Positions 1-13,602 of a DNA stretch of 64,000 nucleotides are shown in pieces. The stretch lies in assembly GCA_965112155.1 (NCBI GenBank), contig OZ218101.1; one strand, 5' to 3'. Each line of letters begins with the position of its first letter. Within the stretch, counting starts at the first letter, position 1. The notes below the pieces were generated by a model. The model did not search any database. It was not told the DNA's origin and worked only from the letters and a program-made list of their open reading frames with translations. A program made the translations under genes and the position numbers. The stretch is from Podarcis liolepis (Eukaryota).

Positions 1-1821
1 CTCTAAGAAGTTGCTGAGCCTGTCAACTTTTAAAATGGAATTTCTACACTATATGTAGGAAGTAATCTTCCGCTTGTGCCACATTTGAGAGTAATATTAA
101 ACACAATAACAGGAGAAGATGATGAAGATTCTCTCTGTGAAGAATTTGATACAAAACAAAGGCTGGATATGACAAAAGGCAAAGGAGGAAAGAGCACAGT
201 TTGGCAAAAGTTTTTCTCTGTTCTTTAATCCAGCTATCTAGGATGGATTTCATACAAATAAGGGTAGCAGCTGAATAAAGATAAAAAATAAGTTAAAGCT
301 GTCAGACAAAAAGGCAACACATAGGAGAAGGTTTGGTGTGTGCATTTTTATAATGCCTTTTCTAAGGGATTTGTTTCAAACCTAAGCCAGAGCAATTTAG
401 GATGGGGGAGCCACTTTGCAGGAAACTAATGGGCAGTAAATGCTGGAATTAGAAGTGGAGTTAATATGGCAGGCCTGATGGCACGGTCTGATAGTAGCTT
501 AAGTAGGAGAGGCCTTAAAGTTGAGGTCAGCCGCAGGGCATCTGAGAGTGACTTGAAAGGGAAACCAATTGAAGGGACTCTAAGAGAAGGGTGACAAGGT
601 TAGAAAAGCAATCTGGGACAATAATCTTGGTGGCAGAAACCGCACATGGATGGATTTGACACAGGTAACGGCAGCTCAGCAAACAGTCCCTTCAGGATCC
701 TTAAGGCACAATTCAGCCCCATGGCATATGAATAAACGTTCTGCTCTGAAAAGCCCATGGAGCTTTGGAAATCAGTCCTATCACAGTTAAGGCAAAAATA
801 GATGGTTACTTGTCTATAAAATATTGAGGAATCATGTTCAGGTGATCAAATTGCAGTTCAGCAGGCTGAGATGTGCACCAGCTGTGCTTCCCTTCGTGTG
901 AGCAGGGGAACCACAGGGCACTCCTAACCTTGTCCACCCAGAAGTTAAGTCCCACTGAGTTGAATGGGGCTTACTCCCAAATATGTGGGGCTGGAATTAT
1001 AGTTCAGAAGCAACTGTCACAATGTCCGCCAAACGTTGCTGAAGTACAATTCCTATCATCCCTGGCCATTAACCATACAGGCTGGGGCTGGTGGGAGTTG
1101 TATTTCAACAAGTAGTTGGACAGTACCATGATGTTACACTGCATATAATTAATGGCTTCAAATCAAGCCAAAATTTGAAACTATCGCTTAACGTTGGCTT
1201 CCCTATCCTGGCTTGTTTGAAAACCATTAACCATAGTTCCTGGTTTGGGGACAAGAAGTTAAACTGTGGCTTCATGTCTTGCTTTTCTGCTTTGGCAAAA
1301 GGAGGAGCAAAGTGATTGCATGCAATTTCATGATACTTATACATATTTTGGCTTATTCTCCCAAGAGGCAATCACCTGAACACTGTCTGTTCTTTGCTGG
1401 ATGGATTGTTCAGAATCCAGTTAAACTAACAGAGGTTCTTGTTCTGCCTTTGGGTTTCCGTCTGGCATTCTCGATAATAGACACACACACACACACAAAA
1501 TATAGTTTAGCAGACTTCAATGAACCAGTATGAGAAGATTGAAATGCACTGTATTCAGCACAAGAATTTTAAATTATGATAATAAATTTCAATAGATTGA
1601 TATAAAATGATAACAGAGTGATGTAAAACAATGCCATAACTAAGCCATAGGTAAGGAGATTTAAGAGGAACCGAAAGATAAGTGTAGGTATAGATAAAAT
1701 CAAGCATGGGAAAAAGTAATACCCTTTCCTTCAGTTGTTCTGGTCAAAAAGGAGTGAATTTCCATAAGCTACTGACAGCCCGGATCCCCTGCAGGAGAGC
1801 CGGACAGCATCACTCAAAACC

Positions 1822-1822
<1 letters not shown>

Positions 1823-1852
<30 letters not shown>

Positions 1853-2137
1853 AAGAAGAAGAAGAAGAAGAAGAAGAAGAAGAAGAGTAGTAGTAGTAGT
1901 AGTAGTTTGGATTTGATATCCCATCTTTCACTCCCCTTCAGGAGTCTCAAAGCGGCTAACAATCTCCTTTCCCTTCCTCCCCCACAACAAACACTCTGTG
2001 AGGTGAGTGGGGCTGAGAGACTTCAAAGAAGTGTGACTAGCCCAAGGTCACCCAGCAGCTGCATGTGGAGGAGCGGAGACGCAAACCCGGTTCCCCAGAT
2101 TACAAGACTACCGCTCTTAACCACTACACCACACTGG
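1823..2137 (-). mobile_element. tRNA/CORE-type SINE (Squam3/Ther1-like) with (CTT)n/(CTA)n tail
   Basis: Reverse strand begins ccagtgtggtgtagtggttaagagcgg (A box). CORE-like ctgggtgaccttgggctagtcac. Long (AAG)n at 1823-1885. Confidence 0.85.
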
Positions 2138-3093
2138 AAGAAAATGGACATTGCGAATTAGCATCATGTGAGAGATGTGCACACCTATATTTGCTGTGTG
2201 CGCGCAACATGCAAAGGTGTGCAACACATCCATCTTCCCACAATTAGGACTAAACTGTGGCTTAGTGAGACCATGTAAACATAAGGGTTTGTGGAGAGCA
2301 GTTTGCAGGTGATTTACTTCTCCCTGTTTTTGTTCTTATTTTGCTGCTGCACTGTGGTGAACTAAGCCAAGGTTGTAGCCAACCAGGAGATAACAAACCA
2401 AACCAAGGCTTGTTATTGGCTGCAGCTCATGGCTAGTGAGGAGAGAGGGCTATTAAAAGTCCCACTTGGATGACATTCTAAGTCAAAACTTGGTTTAACT
2501 TAGCATAGTAGCAAAAAAGGACCGGGGGGAACAGAGGGACTAACAGGAGGGTAAACAGCAGGCCGGGACATGTGTGTGCAATTTTTGACAGGACAACAGC
2601 ATGGAGAAACTCAACATCCCAACATCCCGAGCATCATTACCTGAAAGCAAGTCTCACTGATTTAAGTGAAGCCTGCTTCCAGCAAGTATGAGGATGCAGT
2701 ACTCATCTCTCCCTCCTGCATGGTGAAAAATGGACTTGCATACTGGTATACTTATAGCTAACTCCTGGCTGTGTCTTGAACTTGTCAAATGGCACCTCGG
2801 GCCACAGGTTTAAATAACAGCTGGCAGAGCCCACTCCTAACTGCTTTCCATATCATTTCTTTGGTCACCCAAAGTTGTTCAGAAACTCTGCTATGGTTGA
2901 GGAGAACTCTGCAGCTGGGGATGAAAGAAGCTCCATTGGGATTTAAAAGTTTGCCCTGCACCACTGAGTTTGATGGATTGTGACTGGTGCTGAGTGAGCA
3001 GCCTAAGTAGTGACACCATGTGGCTGGAATTCTGAAAATGCTCAGGTGCATAAGCTATGAGGAAACTTGTTACTCAAAAATGTAGATAAAGCG

Positions 3094-3401
3094 AGGAGCT
3101 CTGGGCATTCTGGTCCCGACTTGGTGGAACACTCTGTCACAAGAGACTAGGGCCCTGCAGGACTTGACATCTTTCCGCAGGGCCTGCAAGACAGAGCTGT
3201 TCCGCCTGGCTTTTGGTTTGGACTCAGTCTGACCCTTATGTTTCCCTCCCCTTATGGTCTTGATTTATCGGCTACTTTTAAAATGAGGCTGCATTTTAAA
3301 TTGCATTTTAACCTGTATTTTAAATCCCCCCTCATTATGCTTTACTGTGATTTTATTGGTGTTAGCCGCCCTGAGCCCAGCTCTGGCCGGGGAGGGCGGG
3401 G

Positions 3402-3494
<93 letters not shown>
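3094..3494 (+). mobile_element. L2-type LINE 3' end with (AAT)n(ATT)n tail
   Basis: Typical L2 3' terminus gttagccgccctgagcc...gggcggggtata followed by an ATT-type microsatellite. Confidence 0.8.
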
Positions 3495-3894
3495 GTGCTA
3501 TCTGGGTAAAAATGAAGGTGTGGAGAGACCAGCTCAGGGGTTGTACCTGCTCACCTCACCCCCAGCCTCCATGTGTTAAGTGAGATGTGCTTGCACATTA
3601 TCTATGCCACTACACCCAAAAGTGTATAAGCTCCCGTATGCACTGATTCAGACCTTGGAAAATGAAAGCCTGTAGGCTCTGTGCAAATGCCGCTCTAGGA
3701 TTCACGGGTGGGGTGAGCAGGCGTGGCCTTGAGCATGGAATCATAGAGTTGGAAGGGACCACGAGGGTCATTTTGCTCAACCCACTTCAGGTCTTACATC
3801 CCATGGAAATCAATGAGTCTTTATGATTGGACAGTAATTGGAAACTTGTGGCCCATCAGACGTTGTCAGATTCTCAACTCCCATTAACCCCTAT

Positions 3895-4310
3895 CCAGCA
3901 ACTGGTTTCCAGCAACTGGTATTCAGGAGCATTACTGTCTCTGACTGTGGAGATAGGAAATACCCATTGTGGCTGGTAGCCACTGATAGTCTTAACCCCC
4001 ATGAATCTGTCTCATCCTCTTTTGAAGCCATCCAAGTTGGTGGCCATCACTGCCTCCCATGGGAGTGATTTCCATAGTTTAACTAGACAAAGAAGTCCTT
4101 TCTTTTATCTTTCCTGAATCTTCCAACATTCAGCATCATGGGACGTTGGTAAGGTCTGGGTGTTATGAGAGAAGGAGGAAAACTGTTCTCTATCTACTGT
4201 CACCATGAAATGCATGCTTTTATAAACTTCTGTTCGGTCACTCCTTTCTCACCTTCTCTCTAAACTAAAAAGTCCCAACAAAAAGCTGCAACATTTCCTC
4301 ATAGGAGGGT
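3895..4310 (-). mobile_element. Old CR1 3' fragment
   Basis: aagccatccaagttggtggccatcactgcctccc...ttccatagtttaact is a diverged CR1 ORF2 C-terminus. Similar to 6789-7900. Confidence 0.65.
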
Positions 4311-4544
4311 TTCAACAAACAACACAGGATTCCAGTTTTCAGTAAAACCTTTCACCCAGACCATCAAGTTAACTGTTAGAGGATCCTTTCTCTCTCAACC
4401 TTCTTTAAAACAAAACACACACAAAAAGCGCAACATTTTAAATTCTTCCCACCCTTTCTGTCTGTTTTCCCATTAAAACTTGATCCCATGAATGTTCCTG
4501 GAGAAGTCCCATAGTTCAGTGGTTCTTACTCACAAGAAAATGTA

Positions 4545-4811
4545 CAGTTATACCTCGGGTTGAATATGCTTTATGTTGAGCGCGTTTGAGTTGCGCTCCG
4601 CGGCAACATGGAAGTAACGGAGCGCGTTACTTCTGGGTTTCGCCGCTTGTGAATGCGCAGACGCTCAAAATGACGTCACGTGTATGCGCAGACGCTCAAA
4701 ATGACGAAAAGCGACGTGCGCGTGTGCAGGCGTGCCGTCACTAGTTACGTTTGCTTCTGGATGTGAACGGGGCTCCAGAACGGATCCCGTTCGTATCCAG
4801 AGGTACCACTG
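4545..4811. mobile_element. Tc1/mariner(pogo)-type MITE
   Basis: TIR cagttatacctc / gaggtaccactg, flanked by TA on both sides. Confidence 0.85.
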
Positions 4812-6788
4812 TACATAGAATAAACTCGTTAGAATAAACTCACATGTAATTACCACAGCGGGTCATCGTCCCACCCTTTAAAATAGCCTTCTTACAAATG
4901 CATACTAATTCTCTTCAAAGCAAAAAATAAACTGAATGGATGAAAATGCAATTATAATGACTCAACAGTATTTTGAAAAGAACATTGTGCAGATGTAGGC
5001 AGCTTCCATTATGCCAGAGCAAGTTCCCATGAATGGGAGCATTGAAGAAACACTTTGTGCTGTTAAGACGTGGGTGTGATAAATGAAAGCAGCAAACTCT
5101 TTATTCACCTTAACCAATAAATAAATAAATATTACATATGTTGATAAGCACTTAGGTGCATGAGTACTATCCTTGGCAGTGATCCTAAAATGCTCTCATT
5201 CAGGATCACTTACTTTGATGGGTCTGCTCCTGTAAGAGTTTGTGGTTATCAGCCAAGGATGTGTAATCAGACAGTCTGTTTTACAGAGGAAGGAAAGATT
5301 ATCTATCGGAAGGACACAGTGTTTTCTTTTCAGAGTGAAAGGAAAATATTGCAAGCTAAATTTCTTGGTTACAATTTTTTAAAAATAAAATATATGGCTT
5401 ATTATGCCTTCTATTCTCTATTTCTTATTGATTTCTCCTACTAATAAAATACAATTATTCTTTCACTAGGATGACAGAGCACTTTAATCAACTTAAATGG
5501 CTGGACTCCCTGATGCAAAAAATACTAGCAGTCTTTTTGGGAGGTGCCCTATGCAACACGAGGGCAGGAATGAGAGAGAGGAAAGAATGGTATGTGTTGA
5601 TGACAACACTGTCTACAAGATGTCTACAATATCTCTGCAACCATGAGGACTAGTTGAACTTATTGCAATCTGAATGGGGATCTCTAATGTGGTGGTTGAA
5701 GTGTCCTGGGAAACTGCTGTGCAGTAGTCTATTATTAATCCAACGCTGAGTGCAATCCATCAAAAATTAGTAAGTGTCAGCATGAAATTATAATGTAAGG
5801 TTTACAAAATGATGTTCTATGGGAACCTGAAGCATTTGCTTTAAAAATTATAGCTTTAGAGTGGGGGAACTTAGTGTCGTAAAACATTCAGTGAACTATA
5901 CCACAGTTCATTGACTTGGGGCAAAGAAATAATGCCTTGAAAGGTTCTTCAGCATAATACCTCTAGATTAATGGCAAGAAAGATATAGATTAGCAAGACA
6001 GAAAATGGAAGAGAAGGCCTATACTTGGACCTGTCTGTACTACATTCTGAGACAGCGCTGAATGACAGTAAAAAATGTTTTATATTTAGAACTAAGAGAA
6101 CTTCTTGCAGCCATGAAAAGCCGTGACAGCTGAAAAATGTACGGCATTTCAAGTATACAAAGCCCTAGTAGGCATACAATTTGCCAGTCGTTCCTCAATA
6201 GCTCTGCAGGGCAGGCTAGTATTGTTATCCCACATTAAAGAAAGGAAAGAGAGAGTAGTGGTTTGGCTAAGACTAGGCTAGCTAGAGCCATTTCACACAA
6301 TACATTCTTTAGGTATCCACCTAATGAGTTTTAAGTGTATACCTAAAGCATAAAGTAAGATTATGACAAGCATGGCTTCCACACAAGTAGCATTGCTAGG
6401 GAGCAACCATCCCAGGTGACTATATGTTTGGTGGGTTGCCTTTTGCATAATGTGTAAAAAGATACCAAATGCAGGGCTGTCTTCAGGTTAGATGTGAACC
6501 TCCATGCTGGTAGTGGCTTCCCCACTTACTCACACCCTCAGCTGTGGGCTTACCTGGTGGCAGAGGTAGCAGTTGGGAAGCAATTGGGAAGATGCCCACG
6601 TTTTCAATTTATCTGCAACTTTCCAGGGCAATGGAATGCCACATGCTATGAAACGCTGAAGGGAAAAAGTGAGTGTGGCTTCCAAGTCTCCTGCCATAGG
6701 CTAAGTAGATGGACAGGCCAAGCTGCAGCAGTGAGTTCTGCTGGTTGACAGGATCTGGAATGAGTTCAAAGCTATGGGGACATTTCTA

Positions 6789-7900
6789 AGAACATAAGGA
6801 GAGCATTGCTGGATCAGACTGAAGAACCATCTAGTTCAGCATCATGTTTTCATAGTGCCCAGCCAGATGCCTAGAGGAGGCCTGCAAGCAGGAGCTGAGC
6901 GCAACAGTACTCCCTTCCTCCTGGCAACTGCTATTCAGACGCATACTGCCTCCAACAGTGGAGGTAAAACATAGTCACCATAGTTAGGGTCAGGGACTTG
7001 CTGGACAAAGAGGAGTGGTGAGAGGCATCAGCTGGGGAACCCCCAAGGGAGACCTCAAAGGAGGAAGGCTCAAAGCCAGGGGACTGGTGGTGGGACACAG
7101 GGGAGCGGTCAGAGGGAGAAGATTGGGAAGAGGGGCTGGATGCTGAAGGGGCAACTGGCTTTAGTGAGCAGGAAGAGCCTGTGACAGGGAGCAGTTCAGA
7201 TGCCGAGGCTGAAGCAGAAAAGGGAGGTGAAGAAGATACTGAAGAATCCAGGGAGCCTCCCTCTCCTGCTGTGACCAGCTCTCATCTGCCCTGGTCTCCA
7301 AGAATGTGCAGAGTAATGAGGAGAGCAGAACAGAAGCAAAAGGTGCGCAGACGCATTTTGAGACTGGTTGGGAAACATTCGGGAGAGGAGGAGCTGTAAA
7401 GAGGGTGGAAGGCAGGGACCACCAGTCCTGGCAACTGCTCCATTTAGGCAAGATCTGCTGTAAAATGTTGCTGAGTTGTAAGTTCGTTTCCTTGAATAAA
7501 AAGTTTGTTTCACTGACACTCTGCTACTTTGTGATAAGATGCATCTGACTTCAGCCCTGACAGCCAGTCACCGCCGACAGCTTTATCCACAAATATATTT
7601 GATCCTCCTTTAAAGCCTTCCAAGTTGGTGGCCATCACTACATCTTGTGGCAGCAAATTTCATAAACTAACTACACCTTGTGTGAACAAGTATTTCATTT
7701 CCTCTGTCCTGAATCCTCAAACATTCAGCTAGATTGAATGGACCTGCTCCTAGTATTAAGACAGAAAGGGAGGGGACTTCAGCTTATCCACTTTCTCCAA
7801 ACGGTGCATAATTTTATACACACCTGTCATTTCCCCCTTTACTTGCCTTTTTTCTTAACTAAAAAGCCCCAGGTTTTGCAAACTTTTCTGAAAGTGGAGT
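6789..7900 (-). mobile_element. Old CR1 3' fragment interrupted by an LTR-like insert
   Basis: aagaacataagga...ctggatcagac 3' end. Homology to 3895-4310 resumes after 7562. Confidence 0.65.
6982..7562 (+). mobile_element. Solo LTR-like element
   Basis: Imperfect inverted ends (a)gttaggg...ccctgaca, AATAAA at 7495-7500, inserted within a CR1 fragment. No clean TSD. Confidence 0.5.
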
Positions 7901-8092
7901 TGCTTCCAACCAGGAACTTCTCATGAACTTTAATCACTGCAGTGTAATCTCTAGGTTTACAAGGCACCCTCCATACCCTCCCCCCATTTAAAACAATGAA
8001 CATTTGCTCATTTTAAATTTAACCCATCTATATTTATGTACCACAAAACATTTTTTCCTAACTAGTAATATCAGGACTTAAAATCCATTCAC

Positions 8093-8136
8093 TTTTCTTT
8101 TCTTTTCTTTTCTTTTCTTTTCTTTTCTTTTCTTTT
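8093..8136. repeat. (TTTTC)n microsatellite
   Basis: Direct reading. Confidence 0.9.
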
Positions 8137-9049
8137 TTAACCCACCATCTAAAATATTTAAAGATCCATAATTCTGCTTGGAAAGCCACGATTCACACTA
8201 ATGAGCAAAGAGCACAAGTTTGCTGCTATCCCATTTTTGATAGCTCACTGACTTTGTTTAACACTGCTGTTTAAAGTGTGTGAAGGATTTCTCAAGGGTA
8301 AACCCAGCAAATGGAAATGTGCAAACTAGAATGAGTCCCCCTTCTTCTTCTTTGTTGTCAGGAAATTGGTTTCCGATAATCTCCAGAGGTAAAGAGTATA
8401 CATTAGAAGCACACATCCAGAGCTGCAATGTTATGCAAAATAAATGATGCATGACTATCATTATGTGATTTGCAGAATGCACGGAAACATCTGGAATCAG
8501 TGAAGCACATCTTCTAAAAATGCAAAGGAGTACGCTGATTTGAACGGGGGGGGGGGGCAGGAGAGAGAGAGAAAAGATGAAAAGATTAAGATGGATGCCT
8601 GCTTTTCGGTCAACGCTAATATGAAAGCTGATAAAATTGTAGTTTAGTGGTAACTAGAACATGTCAATCCCATCGTCTGCAGCCCAGCAGTTAGGAATAG
8701 CATGCTGTGGCAGCAAATAGAAATGTACCCACCACGAAGAGGCATAAATAAAAAGGGGAAAGTGAAACAGAAATTCACAGGAATAGAGTTGCAAGACTTA
8801 TAGAAATTAAACGGAAGACTTCTAATGCCAACAGTTTTCTATGCAATGGACAAGGAATGTTTAATACTAATGGGTGGCATTCAACCAAGTTTTACTAAGA
8901 GTAGACCCATCAAAATAAATGGGCCTAACAAAGTCATGCTCATTAAGTTCAATGAGTTTACTCTGAGTAAAACATGAATATGAACCAGTGTAAATAAATG
9001 TTCAAGTGTTAAATGTATTTAATACACAACATATCTGCACACAACAGTA

Positions 9050-9275
9050 CTGTGGTACCTCAGGTTACATATGCTTCAAGTTACAGACTCCGCTAACCCA
9101 GAAATATTACCTCGGGTTAAGTACTTTGCTTCAGGATGAGAACAGAAATCGTGCTCCGGCGGCGCGGCAGCAGCAGGAGGCCCCATTAGCTAAAGTAGTG
9201 CTTCAGGTTAAGAACAGTTTTAGGTTAAGTACGGACCTCCGGAACGAATTAAGTACTTAACCTGAGGTACCACTG
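9050..9275 (+). mobile_element. Tc1/mariner-type MITE, family A (226 bp)
   Basis: TIR c(t)gtggtacctcagg / cctgaggtaccactg with TA TSD. Same family as 58594 and 63326. Confidence 0.9.
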
Positions 9276-9648
9276 TATTTGATTCTATAGTGTTACTGTA
9301 CAAAAGGCAATCCATTCAAAATGCCTTTCAGATTGTGTAATTTTTTAAAAAACCAAACCAACAGAAGCCCTGGCTAGAATTCAGTAGCACCAAGAAAGCA
9401 TGTGTGGTTAATGCCCTGGCTGATACTTGCCTAGAAAGGCAGGCAGACGCTTTTTGATACTCACTAGTGATAGGAAAGGGTGAGGCACCCGCTCAGAGAT
9501 ACTTCTCAGTTCCAGGGGTGAGCACATGCAGTGAAAATAGGTCCTAAGACTGAACCCTGATGAGTCCAGTCTCCATAAAGTACAGGTACATCAGGAAGTA
9601 ATGGCTTAGTGTACTGGTAGTCATTGCAGCAGCTACAGAAGCCTGAAT

Positions 9649-9817
9649 CAGTGGCGTAGTGTGGGGGGTGCAGGGGGGGCCAGCCGCACCGGGAGCAACA
9701 TCTGGGGGTTAAGGTTAGGGGGCGCAAATCCACGGGTTAGGGGGCGCAAATCCACGGGTTAGGGGGCGCAAATTACTTGCCTTGCCCCGGGTGCTGACAA
9801 CCCACGCTACGCCACTG
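9649..9817. mobile_element. hAT-type MITE with internal 22-bp tandem repeat
   Basis: TIR cagtggcgtag / ctacgccactg, 8-bp TSD gcctgaat (9641-9648, 9818-9825). Confidence 0.9.
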
Positions 9818-10017
9818 GCCTGAATGTATGGTCCTGGCTCTTCCCAAACTATCTGGAAATGCACTGAAAAGAGCTAACGGCTGCATTTGCACAGAACATT
9901 AAACCATAGTTTAGCATGGTTTAGCTCTTCCGGTGCAGCTGTAAGGAAGCCTTCCCTTCCATTTTATATTAACTGCAGCCAAAGCCATGTATGGGTGCCA
10001 TGAAAGATGCAAGATTT

Positions 10018-10157
10018 CATAGGACCGTAGAGTTGGAAGGGACGATGAGGATCATCTAGTCCAACCCTCTGAGGTACAGGAATCTTTTGCCCAACATGGG
10101 GCTTGAACCCACAACCCTGATATTAAGAGTCTCATGCTCTACCAACTGAGCTATTCA
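10018..10157 (-). mobile_element. tRNA-Lys-derived SINE with CR1-type 3' tail
   Basis: Reverse strand tagctcagttggtagagcatgagactcttaat...gggttgtgggttcaagcccc. Tail similar to the CR1 3' end at 37970-38030. Confidence 0.85.
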
Positions 10158-11976
10158 TCCAGCTATTCGTCTAGTGCCCGTTGGGAAAGCTATGGCAGAA
10201 GTCAGGGAGACCAACAGTAGATGGAGTCACAGCTCAACCCTCTGATTGGTTGCAAGTGAAAAGGCCATCAGATGAGGCATTGGCTAGGGGCAGACTGAGG
10301 TTGACTGAGCAGTGCCGCATTTCCCCTAATGGACTAGCCTCCAGTGCAGGCAAATGTACTCTGAATAAGACAATGACCTTTAAAATTGTGGGGGGGGGGG
10401 GGCGGACTGGAACTATCCCTATGTTGCTGCCCTACAACTCCCACTGGTCCCAACCACAGCTGTCGATAGTCAGGGATGATGGGAGTTGTAACATCTGGAG
10501 AGCTCCAGGCTCCCCACCCCTGCTTGAAAAGATAGCGATCAGCAGAGATCTTTTCAAGATCTTGAGAATATTCACTCTCCTGGTAGATTTCTGTTCTTAT
10601 TCAGATTTCAAAAATCCCCCAAATGGGCTTTTATGTGTTCCCCTTTGGAGCTGAACACACAGTGAAATGTGGCTCAATGATAGGATGCTTCTCTTTCTCC
10701 GAGCTTTTCTTTCCCCGATATTCAATCTACACTTCATTTTACGTTTTATCCTGTAAAACCACTAAACATAGTTAATACCACCTGGCACCTCTCTAAATCA
10801 TTCCTGCCTCACTGATATTTATAGCCATCAAATGCTAGCAGGCAATCATTATGCTCTCCCACCCACCCCTTCCTTGTGTGTCTCTCTCCCCCCCCCCCGC
10901 TTTTTAGTTGAGCCAAACATATTTAGGGCTTTTCATCTCCCTGTATACTGCAAGTTAATCCTTCCAGCTTCTTAATCAGTTCTGAAGCTCTTCTCTGAAT
11001 TCTTTCCAATTTGGTGGCATTTTTACTAGTAATGAGGAGCTCAGGGAGTGGAATAAAAGAGGCACAACTATTACGCTGGCTTTCCAAAAGCCAGTTAGAA
11101 GACAGATGCAAGGTGACAAGTCCTTAGGTGGGATATCAGCACGATTGTCCTCAGGAAATGCAGTGAACAGGCCTGCCGTAAGGGAGCAGAAGCACAATTG
11201 TGGCCAGTGCATGGAAATGGACAGTGCTCAAAGTTAAGGACTGCGGCCAGTCGGCTATAAAACCTTTGCTGTGCTTCTGAATAACACTAATGAGTTCAAA
11301 TTTTGGTTCAGTCCAAAAGTCTCCTTTAGCTGGCAGCCATAAATGCAGTTACATGGAAAAATGAGGCAGAGTAATTAACATGGCAATAAAGCAAAAGAGG
11401 TGGGTTAATAATGACAGATAGTAGCGGGACTGTCAACGATGTTGTTTGTTGAGTTAAAAGTATAAATGGATCTTCCAGATGTTTTTGTTATTATTAAAAG
11501 TGAACAGATATGTATTGGATATTGCAACTGACTATCTAATTAATTTGTTTAATTTGTGTTCTCTGTCATGTTCCACTTTTTATTGTAGAGTTGAATGGCT
11601 GGCAATGGTGCTAATTGGATTTGGTCAGGGTGATGGAAGTTGTAATCCAACAATACAAGGTTGCCATCCCTCGCATTACAGCTTTAGATGTAAAGAAACC
11701 TCTGTGAACCTCAAGTAAATCAGAATGCACGATGGCTGGTGAGTCAGATTTGAAGTGGCTGTCACCTGACAGTGGTAACACTTTTTATCTACAGCAAGCC
11801 GGTTCAGAAGTTCAAAATCCTCTCTTTGAAGATACATAATAAATAAATAAAATTCAAGAGAACTGGAAACAAAACACCTTGGTATGGGAAGCAGGTTTCG
11901 ACCTCCAACTTCCAGGGCTTTACTTCAAAGCAAAAGCTGCCAAGCAAACTTTCTGTGGATGTGTTTTATCAATAAC

Positions 11977-12315
11977 TTGGAGGAACATCTCCCCTGTCAT
12001 TCAGCCCGGACACTGAGGTCCTCCAGCGAGGGTCTTCTGGAGATTCTCTCACTGCAAGAAGCGAGGTTACAGGGAACCAGGCAGAGAGCCTTCTCGGTAG
12101 TGGCGCCCACCCTGTGGAACGCCCTCCCATCAGATGTCAAAGAAATAAACAACGATCTGACTTTTAGAAGACATCTGAAGACAGCCCTGTATCAGGAAGT
12201 TTTTAATGTTTGATGTTTTAGTATGTTCTGATATAAGCTGTGAGCCACCCAGTGTGTCTGGCGAAACCCAGCCAGATGGGCAGGGTATAAATAATAAAAT
12301 TCTTATTATTATTAT
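11977..12315 (+). mobile_element. L2 3' fragment
   Basis: Encodes SARTLRSS...RAFSVVAPTLWNALP...FRRHLKTAL (L2 ORF2 C-terminus), followed by the tail. Confidence 0.85.
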
Positions 12316-13060
12316 AAAAGTGACTTCATTTTGGTCCTAAAAGAACAGTAACATCTTTTCCTTTCATCTGAAAGGGAGTTCAGTTGTAAACAAAGCAACC
12401 AGTTATTATGGGTGCAATTCACACCCTGCAGTGCCATTTACTTTAATGGAAGACTACACCTTGAGATTAAAAAACCCATCTATCTATCTAGATTAACATT
12501 TATATCCTTCTGTTATATATTGAAATCTCTCTCTCCACAAGGGTGGAGAGGCTATCACTCAAAAACTCAGTGATGGACAGAAACTTAGTCCTTAAGAGTA
12601 ACGGGCTCCTGAGTTGAGGGAGTGAAATTTTCCACCGCCCTAGCATTTTCTGGGAATCTATGGTCTTTCTTCCACCATCCCACCCCCTATGATACCCCAA
12701 AAGCTATAAAGTCTGCCCTAGTGAGAGAACCACTGCAGCTTTCATTCTGAAATTCAATAGGCTTCATCCCCTTCAGAACGGTTGACCATGCCTCCAATTT
12801 GCATTCAGTTTCCTACGGGAAAAGGGGAAAAGGTATAGCTGTTTTTAGATTCCCTATTGTGGTGGGGAGGAGAAACTGCACTTTGTTTTCAAAAGAACAC
12901 ATTTGGTTCTGAATAGCAAGTTGGACTGGAAAGACAAGGAGCAGCTCCAAAACCATTTGGGCTCTTATGAAACAGATACAAGACAAATATTGGTGCTGGT
13001 GCATTCCCCTGGTAGATGCATAGGAGGAAAGTTAACCTCTTGGTATATCATATATGTGTG

Positions 13061-13309
13061 CAGTGGAACCTCAGAAGCTGAATGCCTTTGAACTCGAACG
13101 TTCTGGCTCCCGAACGATCGAAACCCGAAAGTGGTCGTTCGGTTGTTCCGGTTTATGAATGATTTTCGGAAGCCCAACGTCTGGCGCGGCTTTTGATTGG
13201 CTGCAGGAACGTCCTGCAGCCAATCAGAAGCTGTACTTTGGAAGTTAAACACTTTGGAAGTCGAACAGCCTTCCGGAATGGATTCCATTCGACTTCCAAG
13301 GTACGACTG
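13061..13309. mobile_element. Tc1/mariner-type MITE, family B
   Basis: cagtggaacctc ... aaggtacgactg|ta. Internal tgattggctgcagga..tcctgcagccaatca palindrome shared with 62188-62404. Confidence 0.75.
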
Positions 13310-13602
13310 TACTGAGATTCCCCATAAAGATTGTTTTCCATGCTTATGATAAAAATTCATTGAAATCAACCAGCTGACCAGCCTTCTAAATGAGAGAACA
13401 AAATTCTGAGGTGGATGGATCAACAGTCTGACTCAGTATAAAGCAGCCTCCTCGAATGCACATGTTCTACTGGGTAATTATTTATTGAATTTTGCCAAGT
13501 ATTTACTTTACATGTATTATTCATTCTGTTACCATATGTGCATTAGCTTTAATTATATTCATTTTATTTTGTAAAAGAGTTCACAGCAAACGACAGAATT
13601 AC

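Noticed and set aside
1706-2161. 151-aa ORF with poly-Lys and poly-Ser
   Set aside because: It is a translation of the (AAG)n(TAG)n tail and antisense body of a SINE.
3238-3579. ORF with poly-Ile (similar ones at 47986-48331)
   Set aside because: Produced by (AAT/ATT)n L2 tails.
1-13600. Next canonical MTUS2 exon (recalled as STFGNEEQ...RRSLLPAPK)
   Set aside because: Not found by eye on the minus strand; probably beyond the window start.
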